From Macrostomum lignano (Eukaryota): a stretch of 64,000 nucleotides of DNA. The notes below the pieces were generated by a model. It was not told the DNA's origin. It made no database searches and worked only from the letters and a program-made list of their open reading frames with translations. Each line of letters starts with the position of its first letter. Positions within the stretch are counted from its first letter, which is position 1. Location of the stretch: NCBI GenBank assembly GCA_002269645.1, contig NIVC01002473.1, positions 62,001-126,000 on the forward strand. Direction: 5' to 3'. The position numbers and the translations under genes are program-made. Below are positions 49,101 to 61,100 of this stretch, in pieces.

Positions 49101-52100
49101 ACGGTCGCAGTGATGAGAACAGTCGGTAGCACAGTGCGGCAAAAACCAGGAGCCACTCTGGAGGCTTGCGCAGCTTGCCTCTCGATAGTAAACGCGTGAA
49201 CTCACAATCAGCGGGCAACTGAATTGGAGAATTCGAATCAGCTTGGCCACTGTCTTCTGAAACTGGGATCTGCTCCTTGCGAGCTACATATCCGCATACA
49301 TAGTACAGTGCCAACTGTTCTTCATCAGTGGGTATGGAGGATTCAGCGCTGTCTTTCGAAGTCGAAACTAGATCATTGAGATGTGCAAGTTCGTCGTCCG
49401 ACAGCTCACCATCGCAACAAGCTGCTCGCGGGTTTCCGAAGCAACCCTCCTCGCGTTGGACCAACCAACTTGACATCCAGGCTGGCTTGTCTACCACAGC
49501 GGATGCAAAGTTCTCCCAGCCTCCAATTCTATCCTTTGTATTAAAGTCCTGTAGTTCATCAGGCATTTGTTGACAATGTGACGCCAGAATACAACGTTCA
49601 GTCACATTTCTAGATGACACTGAAATAATGCAATTGAGTGACAGCGCTGACTTATATTGAAAGCATTATTTAAAGAACTTTGGCAAAAATGTACCTGCAA
49701 ATGTTTGCCGCATAGAGTGAGCTAGGTGGGCACATAAAGACAGATGGTGGGTCAATAGGTTGAAAATATCGCTTGATTTTTGTAAGCCTTGCATCCTTTG
49801 GCCAATGCTTTTTGCATATTCCCATGTGTTTGGTGACATTCTCGAATGATATAAAGTAAAAAAGTATTTTAAATTGCACATTTATATGTTTATGAACCTT
49901 GTTTATCACTTAATAACCTATATAGCGCTAAATGAAATGTTATTGGTCAAAGATTTCTTATAGGTTTTATTTATAATAGCTGTAGGCCTATTAGTGTTTA
50001 TACTATTTAGCACATTACAAGTTTCAAATTAATTCCTAGTGTTAGTTAATAAACAAGCTATTTAATGAAAAACATGGCTTTAAAACTTTCTAACTACTAG
50101 GGGTAGTCATTAACATAAATAAGGTTTTTACTAATAGAAATATTTCAGTTTCAACTACAATGGGCCTAACAGACATGACATAGAAATACATAGAAATACA
50201 TAGAAAAAAAGCTTCCATTTTAATGTCAATTTCTAGAGTGTAAAATTTGAGAAACCCAAAAAGGCAAAAAGTGACTTTGGAAAAATTGTCACTATTTTCT
50301 TGACTTATATTAGAATATAATAGGAGAACACACCCAGTCAACTATAAACAAGCCAAGCTTTCATGATGGAAGATTCCTAGACCATTTTTTCATATCAAAT
50401 ATGATGTTCTATATGTTATTTTTCAGAAAACAAAATTTAATTTTAGATGCAATGGTATTTGCAACCTAGAGCTATAATAACTATAAAAAAATGCTTTGTA
50501 AACATGGTCTCTTGTTGACAATTGTGATATAAAGAAACCATGTTTGTCAGCAAAAAAGAAAACAAGAAAACCAGTAGCTATTTCACAAATCCAAATTAAA
50601 AAATGCATATTGTTATTGGCCATTAAGGGAACGTGATATAATTATTTTAATTAATAGGTGAAGTCAGCTTATCAAGTTTAGTAAGAAATGAAAACCTGAA
50701 TGGTTTATTACAACACACACAGTCCTGTGCTCTATGTAGCGGTCGAATCCTAGGCTTATGTACGTAGAACTTTATACGGCTTACGGGCCTCCAAAAAAAT
50801 TTCCACGAAAGCTGAGTGTCGCGTCCTATATATAACGTAACTACTTAAGTTGTCCTTGTGTCACAAATGAGTTCCGACAAGAGCTCCATTACAACGCTTG
50901 AATGATTCTCCGCTAATGATGTTTACCTAGCGATCGACGGACGGGGATTCCATTTGCCGCTGAATGGCCGCACGAAAACAGAGACTTTAGCGCGTAGTAT
51001 GTTCTAGATGTTGATGTTCTAGATGTTTGCCAAAATAGAATGGAAAAAGGTGTAGTGCGTAGTATGTTTTAGTATGCTGTAAGAATGACGACATTCTAGT
51101 CTGTGAAAAAAAACCCGGGAAAATTTAGCCGATGTGATGAATACAATATGAATATATATTGCATGCACGATAAGCAATTATTTAGGCCCTAGACAAACCT
51201 ACTTGGAGCGTTCGGAGATTTTAAAGCTAATCGCCTATCGCCGGTCGGCGAGTCCTACCAGTCTTTCTCCAATAGTCACAGTACGGTACAAGAAAAGGAA
51301 GAATGCCGATGAACACGAACCGAATAGATTTAGAGAGTGATAATCCTATATGATACAGACTGATAATTGGCTAGACGATTTAATTTGATTACTTCAAGTT
51401 ACAAGCTTCAATGCAATTCGCGGCGCAGATAATTTCGAACTGATAATAGCGGAAAATGATATCGAGACAAACGATTAATAATAACCCACGTAACCAAGAA
51501 TCTCGCCAAAGGCTTGCGTCCCCATCGCGTGGCAATATTAGGCGATATCTCGCCTGGCGATATCTAAGCAATATCTAAGCGATATCGATCGGCGATAAAT
51601 CAATACGATAGGAAATTGCCTCTAAAGTCCTATATATATGTCTAAAAGACACTAAAACGAAGTTCAAACCTATATTGGCCCATCTTGCGCGCATTCTTGC
51701 GAAATCGCCAAAACCTTGAGTTTCGATGCCTTGGCGATAATTGCACCATCGCCGAGCGATAGAACAACGTTGGGAATGCGATCCATGCTTAATTCACATG
51801 TATTTTAGCCCACTCGACTTATAAATTCGCAATTTAAGGTCACTTCGTGAATGGTGAGTTGCAAGCGAGTGATGCTCTTCTGTTTTAGCATTATCTTCTT
51901 GGTCTATCGTACCGTACATATAAACAAGTTCGTGCATCGCGGCGCGATATTTTAGCGGTTGGCTGGCGCTGTTTTTAAGTTCATCTTGAAACTTTGATGC
52001 CAATAAGATGTATATCAAGTTAAATTTGCAGTTTTGATATATAAAAATAAAAAATATGTTCTTTTGTCGTCTTGTCCTGCTTTGTGTTTCTGACTGCAAA

Positions 52101-55100
52101 ATTCATTTATTAATTTGATAAAATACGCGTTAAATGTATGCTCTTTTAAAAATGACGCTGCACAACTATAGTCAGAGGTCTTGATCGAATTAAGACAGAT
52201 CATTAGATCGCATGTTCCCTTTTTACATATGTTATACATGTCTTACGCTCAAGATTATTTGTGAAACAAAAAACTGTGGTAAATAGTGGTAGATAGTAAC
52301 AGTAGTCCAGTGCTCAGAGTTTTATTTTGTCAAACTGTGTTTTTAGCACTTCATTTTTAGATTTCTTTTGCACATCCAGATGCCAATTTTGCACCTCGAA
52401 ATGTTGGTAGACGCATACTTTTAATTACATTTCTAGAAATCAAATGCATTTTGGCTCTTTTAGAGAAATTATAACTATTACTGAACTTAGATCAGTGCCA
52501 ACTGCCAATGTAGTTGATTAGGGCCTAACTTAAATTTCCTTCATTGTTCATTTCAATTTCAACCTGATCTAGCATTGATTAGGTTTTGGAAAATTCTAAA
52601 TAGCTAAACTAGCTCCAGCCTATATTCTACAAGTAGAAGATAGCTTTTGTGGACTTATTAAGGATCAGATGTATAAAATACTTGCTGATGTCCAAATCTT
52701 AAACTGCTTTTGTCAAATGTCAATACTACTACTAATGTAAAATTTAGGATTTTGGAGGATTTTTGACAAGTGGAAATTTTTATACCTAGCTATTAATGGT
52801 GATATTGATCTTCTTGAATAGAACAATAGGCCTTTCCAACCATAACCCATAGGCCATATTCCCCATGGTCCAAGTATTAAGGTTAACTTGTTTTAGACCT
52901 TGACTTATTGTTAAATGCTAATTAGAAACTTATTTTATAGAATATAATGGCCATTGATCTTGAAATTAGATAGAACAGTGAGTCTCTATTAAAGATCAGT
53001 TACAATATAGGTAGCTAGTAGTCTATACTATATATGGCTATAGTTTATTGTCATTTTTCCATATCTATAATTTTTGACTTAGCCATTTTCTTATGCCATG
53101 GTTTTTGGTGTTTAGGTTAGCTACCCTAGGGCTAGGCCTAGTCATTTCAAATTGACTAGATCTCAATTTTTAATATATTTTATAGTAGCTATTTATCTTA
53201 AATAGAAAAGTGGGCTTCTTTTAAAGATTAGGCTAGGCCTAATACTATATTAATACTATATTATATTACACTTCTACCTACCCTAACACCCTGTTCCCTA
53301 TACAGGTTATAGCTATGGTACTTAGCATTGATATTAGGATTATTCTAGTTATTTTTTGTAGTAAAAATGGATGCATTATTTGAACTCTCCATACCAAAAG
53401 ACCTCTATTTAGACTATAGCTACAAATTTATGAACTGATATAAAATGGAACTATCCTAGTTATTTTATCATTTGGACCAAAAATGCTAGTTTTACTGGTT
53501 TAATAAAATTTGTTCACATCTTTATTTATGCAAGCAATTATATCCTTTCTTTCAGCTGTTCTACAATCTCAATTTTGGGGGCCAGTTTGTCAAGTATGCT
53601 CCCGAAGCATGAATTATCAGCCTACCAACATGCCAATGGCCTTGAGTGAGCAATGAATGACTGAAGGTCCTCAGAAGCAAAGGTTCAATTCCGGAGACTG
53701 ACTGGGAGGCCCATTCCTGTACCATCCTGTCAAAGTGTGGTAAATAATTTTAAAGTTCTAGACTTCCTTTGAATTACTTATTTGGTGACTAACTGAACTG
53801 CATACTTCTGATGTGGGTGATATTCTGCACAAGCATGATAAGTCAAAGTAACTGGAATTTTACTTTGTTACATTTAATTTTTCCATTGTGAAGTAACCAA
53901 TATTTACTGTCGAATTGCTTGTTAAAGAAGTCAGAAATATTTAATATTTTGTTTTTTTTAGTCATCTGGGTTTTTCACCTTAGACTTCAAGTCATGTAAT
54001 GACGTGACCGTCATTCTATTAGCATGACCAAATTGAGACGGGTTCATGCCAGCCTGGTATTTTCAAGAAATTTTATTGTTATGGGTGTCATTTTGACTTG
54101 GCTTAGGTTTTGTAAAGGGCAAAAATTTATTAAGTTACGAATTTTGAGTCATTTAAAGATTCGAGGAGTCTGACAAGAATGCATCATACTTGTCAAATGT
54201 ATGTTTTTTCTTATTGCCAACCAGCCCAGCATTTGTCTTCAATATTTGTCAAATGAAAGTCTTTAGTGCTCAAGTCTAACTATTGCTATTTTCCTCCTAT
54301 ATTATATTTTTCTCTCCCTGCCTGCTGCATATTTATAGCTGAATTTTCACCATACATGCTGCTGTAAGTAGCATCATTAGAAGTAAAATATATATTCAAA
54401 AATCGGGAGGCATTAATAAGAACTTGTGGAGTTTTCGTCTCCAGCGACTTAAAGGAAAGCTATAGGCTATCTGATGGAATAATAAATTTGCAGTATTGAG
54501 CTGTGTCTGTTGATTCTTTCAATCATTTTTAATGCTATCATTTAAACAAGAATTATAACTGTATCGTCAATTCATCGCCAATTGCTCGCCAAACGATATC
54601 GCCGGGCGATACGGGACGATATCGCCCCTGCGGACAGCCGCGATATTTCGGCGAGATGAGGGCGATCGCTCGGCGATGTTTAGACGAATCGCCGGGCGGT
54701 ATCGCCCCGATGTGGAGGCGAGGTTTTTGGTTATGTGGGAACTTAGTTACGCAATGGCAAGCAGATCTCAGCTTGAAGAAGAAAAACCGAACACGACCAA
54801 CGGAGAAGACTCCTAACCCCTGGCCTAAACCAGAACCTACACTCAAACGAGAGCCCTGCCGAATTGACCGTTCAACGGAGCACTGACTAAATTCTATCAG
54901 CACTGCCCTTCAGTGTGACACTGATCGAGGCCCTCTGGGTCGAGGCCACGTACTTGGTCAAATCCGACAGTCTCTATCTAACCGCGCTTGATAGCGACGA
55001 CTTCAGACAGGAATCTGCCGCATACGTTACGCTACAAGACTGAAGCAGTCGGGCAGGGGACAAAAATATGGACCGGGGGTGATGAACTCAAGCGCCTCAA

Positions 55101-58100
55101 AGCGCGAACCAAAACAATGGCAAGCGGCCGGAAAGCCGGGACAAAAATCAAAACCGGGGACGGAAAAACAGAAGTGAGATCTGATTGCCAAACACACTTT
55201 CATATATAGTCAGAGTCAAACCCTCACAACCCCCCTCAAGCCGGGTGGTGGTCGTCTGGCCGGCCGCTCGCTAAGCCGATTTGCACTGTGCCCGCGGCGC
55301 CGGGTAGACTTGGATTTTGCCGGGTGCCAGGGTCCAGGCCGGTTCTGATTGGCTGGCCGCGCAAAGCTGGGGTTCGCAGAAAAACTCAACCCTCCGCTGA
55401 GTCACGAAATGGCGTCTGACTTCTAACTGGTTTACAAATTTAAATTTTAACTAACAAGAAAAAAAGTACATTAGACCGCGTGACTAAATTGAAGCAAAAT
55501 AATAATTAACAATATTTAAACTGATACAATCAATTAACTAACAAAATACACGCAAAAGATGCTCACACTACACCGACAAGACGCAAAAAATACTTAAAAG
55601 GCTGCAAGAGAATGACATCACACTGAATGCTTCTGTTTCCAAGCTTCAACAGAAGCCTGGTTGAAGCGAATGGGAGTGCTACACCTCAAGTCACCCAGAT
55701 ACCTTCCCGCTTCGAATGGAGTAGTCGAGGTAGCAGTGAAAAGGCTGAAGACCAAGCTAAAACAGCTAAACGATCCAGACCCGGAAGTTCGAATGCAACA
55801 AACTTTGTACGCCATTCGAGTCTGCCCAAGAGCCAACGGTGTCGCTCCGTGTCGAGAAATGTTTGGGCGCCAGTTTAATACTAGACTGTCACTGCTACAT
55901 CGTCGGTCGTTCCAGCACAAGAAAACAGATCAAATTCACAGTCCTGTTTGGGTCCAAGATCCCTTCAACAAGGAGTGGAGGGAGGGAGTACTTCAAGAAG
56001 CGGTTGGAGAACAGCTGAGACGAGTACAGGACCATAGAGGACGAGATCTGGTGGTGCACCGGAACCATGTCAGAGACAGAGCCGAGGCTGAAACCCACAA
56101 GCCTATCCAGGACGATGAAGAACCAAGTTCAATTCAACCTTCGGAGTCCAGGTACCCAGTGCGGATCCGGAGAGCATTGGACAGGTACCAATCATCTTGA
56201 AGGAAAGAGGGATGATATGACGCGACTATAATATTGATATTATTTTAATTGCATATGCAGTTTGACGCGTTTTGTTTTATCTATGGACTAAATGAAGCTG
56301 CAAAACAGGCTTGGGTTAAAATCCCGCTGTGAGAATGTGGAATAAAGAGAAATAAGAGCAAGACTAAGAACCTTGGAGCCGCGGAAACGTCTGCTAGGAT
56401 ATCAGCACTAATAATTAATGCCTTAAGTATATTGAAGACTTTAAGTAACCTGAAGACATAACAATACATGTGTCCCAGAGTTGTAATAACATCCTGCATC
56501 GCTGAATATACTACCGAAAGGTATAAAATCTATCGTTAATAATCAGTTTCATTCAAAAAAGCACAATAACGACATAGACAGATTCTTTAACGGCAGCAAT
56601 TAGCTGCCGAAAAAAATCTGTATATATCGTTACATTATATTATTATTTTATAAATTATATATTATTAAGAATTTAATCAACCGCAGCGAAATAGGCACCA
56701 GCGGTTCACAAGGTAGCCCTTAGAACACAGTGGGTGGGTGAGGCCTACCACCTCAAACCAGCACCGACCCCCGACAAAGACAGTCGTTTCTTTTAAATGG
56801 ATTTCTGTATAATGCATTTCTGCATAGCGATAAATTAGGGTTTTAACAATGACCAGAAAATTCCACAAAAATCATTCCAGAAAAAATAAGCCAGGGAGAC
56901 TAGAGCGGCAGAAATTTCGTAAGAACTTTGCTTGCTTGCCAGTCTTAGGTAGCATTTCATAAAAATTTCGGTCTGGGGGGTGTTTCTCGAAACTCACGTA
57001 AGTTCTATGGTAAGTTAGATCGTAAGAAAGAAATTTACGTGTAGCGTAAGTTTGCTCGTAAGACGCTTTCTCAAAACTCACTTAGACTTTGCGTGGCTTA
57101 CGCTGTTCGTAAGTCGTATCTGAAACGAAAAGTTGCATGTCTATGGTCATAAATCTGCAAATATCTTTACTTTAGTCTATCGTAAGTTGCTTTCGAGAAA
57201 GACTCACCTTCGATAAAGTTTAACTTGACTTGGCTTGACTAAAGCTTCACCACGTACTATGCGATTAGTGCTTAAGTGCGTCTTACGACTGATACCGAGC
57301 TGTCGTAGGGTTAAGAATCAAGATCAACCTTACGAAAGACCATAGACATACGAACGCTTCGAGAAACAGTCTTTTGCGCAAAGTTACGAACTCGTAAAGT
57401 TGCGATCAATCTTACGCATAGCTAACTTGCGAGCCCTTCGAGCAACCCGTAAGTGTAGCTTACCCAACTTACGTCTATGGTCGATTGTAAGTTGCTTTCG
57501 AGAAAGACCCCCCTGAAAAATGCAGTTTTACTAGAGATTAACTGCCAAAAAACCGCTCAACTTGTTAATAGTGTTTACTAGCAGCAGTGACTATCCATTC
57601 GCAGTAAACGTGCTATTTTAGCATATACGAGTAGACATACACACCCATACAAAGTTTCTGATTGGTCCGTCGAACAGCTATTCATACCGTAAATATATTT
57701 GTGTTTCGGTGTACATCTGAAATTTCAACTGCCACTCTCCATTCAATGCAGCAAAATTCAAATTCGTCAGCTGCAGCCAGGGCTCGAACCAGGATGACAC
57801 AAATTACATGTGCAACAAGGCTTATGATGGCAAACTGGATTCAGATATAGGGTATCTATTAAACTGCGCTCACACGGGCAAACAAAACACCTGGTGGAAG
57901 GCGAAGACTGATAATCCCATGCTCTTCATGTACGTCAAAATCTACAACCGCGACATGCTGAGGGAGAGACTGACAGATTTCGAAGTGATCATCGACGATA
58001 AGAATGTGTGCAATCGGTACAAAGATTCGACACAATTCGCCTATAAGACTCTGAAATGCGACGGATACGGACATGAGATCATGGTGAAAAGTTACCTGCC

Positions 58101-61100
58101 TCAGCTGACGATCTGCGAGTTCGAGGCTTACGGAAAACCTTTGCGTGAGTTCGACTTTGTTTTAGCTATTATAGAAAAAAGGAATAGTCGATGTAGTAAC
58201 AAATATTTATGACTATTTATGTAAAGTCTACGCTTGCGCGCGGAAAATGGTGGCCACTGTTTTGCCTTGTCTACTCAATATATTTGGTCAGTTGACAGTG
58301 CAAGTGGGGGTGATGTGTGTGCTTGATCGTGACTTGGCCGGATCTAGAGTTCCAACAGACGCTTTCAGCCCACGAGCCTGGGGATTGCTTCAGTTCACTG
58401 ACCGGAATGCCTGCAATAGCTGAGCGTTGTAAACGTTGTACATTGCGTCGAGGAGAAAAGTTCAAAAGGCGCGCTCCCCCTTGCTCAACTCCAATACGTA
58501 TTTCTATTTTTCACAAACAAATCCTTCCTCAAACCTCTAGGGGTTTGGGATGAGGACTCACTTCCTTTTTTCAGCCCCTGATTGGTCGGCACAAGCGCGT
58601 ACACAATGAATTGAATCATAACTGAAGCACGGGGAAGCGTCGGTAGGCAGTTCAGCCAATCACACAGAAAGTGAGGTGGGGCGGTCGCAGGGCTGGCGCG
58701 TAAACATCGTAGTATTCAGCGATTAGGGACGCCAGACAAAGCGGCGGGTCGTGGGCATATGAGGAAAAGTGCAATGACGGCCGCACCCCTCACTGAGGGC
58801 TGAATAGATCGCTCAACAGTGCAAGTACATGCCGGCACAACAGCAGCACTAATTTAGGCTTTAACAAAGACCAAAAAAGCCACAAAAATCCTGCTAGAAA
58901 ATATTTCACAAAAGAAACAGGAAAAACAGAAAGTTGAAAGAAAATTTGCTTGTTTGCCGGTCTCAGGTGGCATTTCATGAAAATCCTGTTTCATAAAATT
59001 GTGAACGTAACTGTAACGAATGTTTAGAAGGTGCAAAAGACTGCATGTTGTCAGAAGGTTTTTTTTAACTTTCAACTGCCACACATAACCCATGCAGCAA
59101 AATTCAGGTTTGTCAGCTGCAGCCAAGGCTCGAACTGGGATGGCACAAAGCACTTGTGCAACAAGGCTTATGATGGCAAACTGGATACAGGTAAATCAGG
59201 TATATTAAACTGCGCTCAAACTGACAAGCAAGACACCTGGTGGAAGGCGAAAACCGAAGTGCATGTGCGCTTCATGTACGTCAAAATCTACAACCGCGCG
59301 ACTCTGAGGGAGAGACTGACCGACTTCGAAGTGATCATCGACGATAACAACGTGTGCAATCGGTACAAAGATTCGAAACAATTCGCCACCAAGATTCTGC
59401 AATGCGACGGAATCGGACAGGAGATCATGGTGAAAAGTCGCCTGCCTCGACTGGCGATCTGCGAGTTCGAGGCTTACGGAAAAGCGCTGCGTGAGTGCGA
59501 CTTTGTTTTACCTGTTAGCATGGCCAATATAGTAAACAATATAAAGTATTCATACGAATTCTACGTTTGCGCGCGGGAAATGGTGGCCGCTGCTTTTCCT
59601 GGTCTGCTCAATATATTTGTCATTGGGGTGGGGTGTGAAATGATGCTTGATTGGTCGAGACTTGGTTAAAAATAAGTACGTTTCTATGTGAGGGGTGTCG
59701 TAAACAGTATGGGGCAGATAGCGCATTGCACGCCTTACAGCCGTTCTATAAAGTAAATAATAACGAATTCCGTGTGAGTAGTAGACAGTTGTGATTATCA
59801 AAAATCGTTGAACTCATGGGGCTTGGCGATCGCCGAAGGTGTCCCTGGAAGTTTTTTCGTCTCCTTTCTGATGATCTGATCGTTGCCGCTTCCCTCACAA
59901 TGATGCAGTTTATTCTAACGCTGACGTTGTAAACGGCGGTTCGAAGCTTGTCCACCGGCTTGCTTGAACCGCACGAGTCCACTCGATGCTTGCATGCCTT
60001 GCTCTGGCTCCAGTGGTCTTCAGGCTCATCAGTTTGCAGCCGGAGCCGCTGTCGATCGTATCAGGTCCGCTTTGCAACTCTTGATGGTCAACCTGACGCA
60101 CGCGGCAGGCGATTTCTTTGGAATTCGAGACAGAAAATCTCACAGCTGGTCTGCAGGTCCTCTGGCTCGGCTCTTTTCTGGGCCGATACTTCTTGTACTT
60201 TGTCGCCTTCGCCAGGCAACCGATTTTGCTGCATTTATGGCAAGTTTTCCATCTGGCCAATTCGCACGTGCGGTGGTCCAGCTCTCTACATCGAATACTG
60301 AGTGTGAGGTGGCAGTCCGTTGGGGAGCCATGCACATAATCCAGAGGGGGGTGCTTGTGCGTGGCACATTATCGATGGTGGAGAAGGGTGGGGGAGCATC
60401 ACAAACTCCAAAAGCCGCTTGCTATCATAAATCCGAAATATCACAAACCCAAAATATCATAAACCCGAAGTATCACAAACCCGAAATATCACAAACCCGA
60501 AGTATCACAAACCCAAAATATCACAAACCCGAAGTATCACAAACCCGAAATATCACAAACCGGAAATATCACAAACCCGAAATATCATAATCCCGAAATA
60601 TCACAAACCGGAAATATCACAAACCCGAAATATCATAATCCCGAAATATCACAAACCCAAAATATCACAAACCTAAATATCGCAAACCCGAAATATCACA
60701 AACCCGAAATATCACAAACATGAAATATCATAACTCCGAAAACTAAAATAGCAACGCCCATGATAAGTTCGAAATATCTCAAACCCGAAATATCACAACT
60801 ACGAAATTGCTGGCAATGTACACCATAAACCCGAAATTTTATAAACCTGAAATATTATAATTCCGAAAAACAAAATAGCATTGGACATAGCTAGAAGGGT
60901 TTATGATATTTCGGGTTTCTGATTGGAAGTGCTTTCGGAGTTGTGATTTTTCGGGTTCATAATGTCGACCCATCGAAAGACACAATCAAAGTACGAGCTA
61001 AGCAAGAAGTTTTTCGACTCTGCCGTTGGAGGTAATACTGCCTCAGTGAGTGTGGTGGGCGTTAATTTCGCCCTGTGTGAACGTGTAGCGTAGACCTACG

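Noticed and set aside
58380-58800. Promoter-like CCAAT/GC boxes between lectin exons 3 and 4
   Set aside because: No downstream signal exon or ATG context; such motifs are common in repeats.
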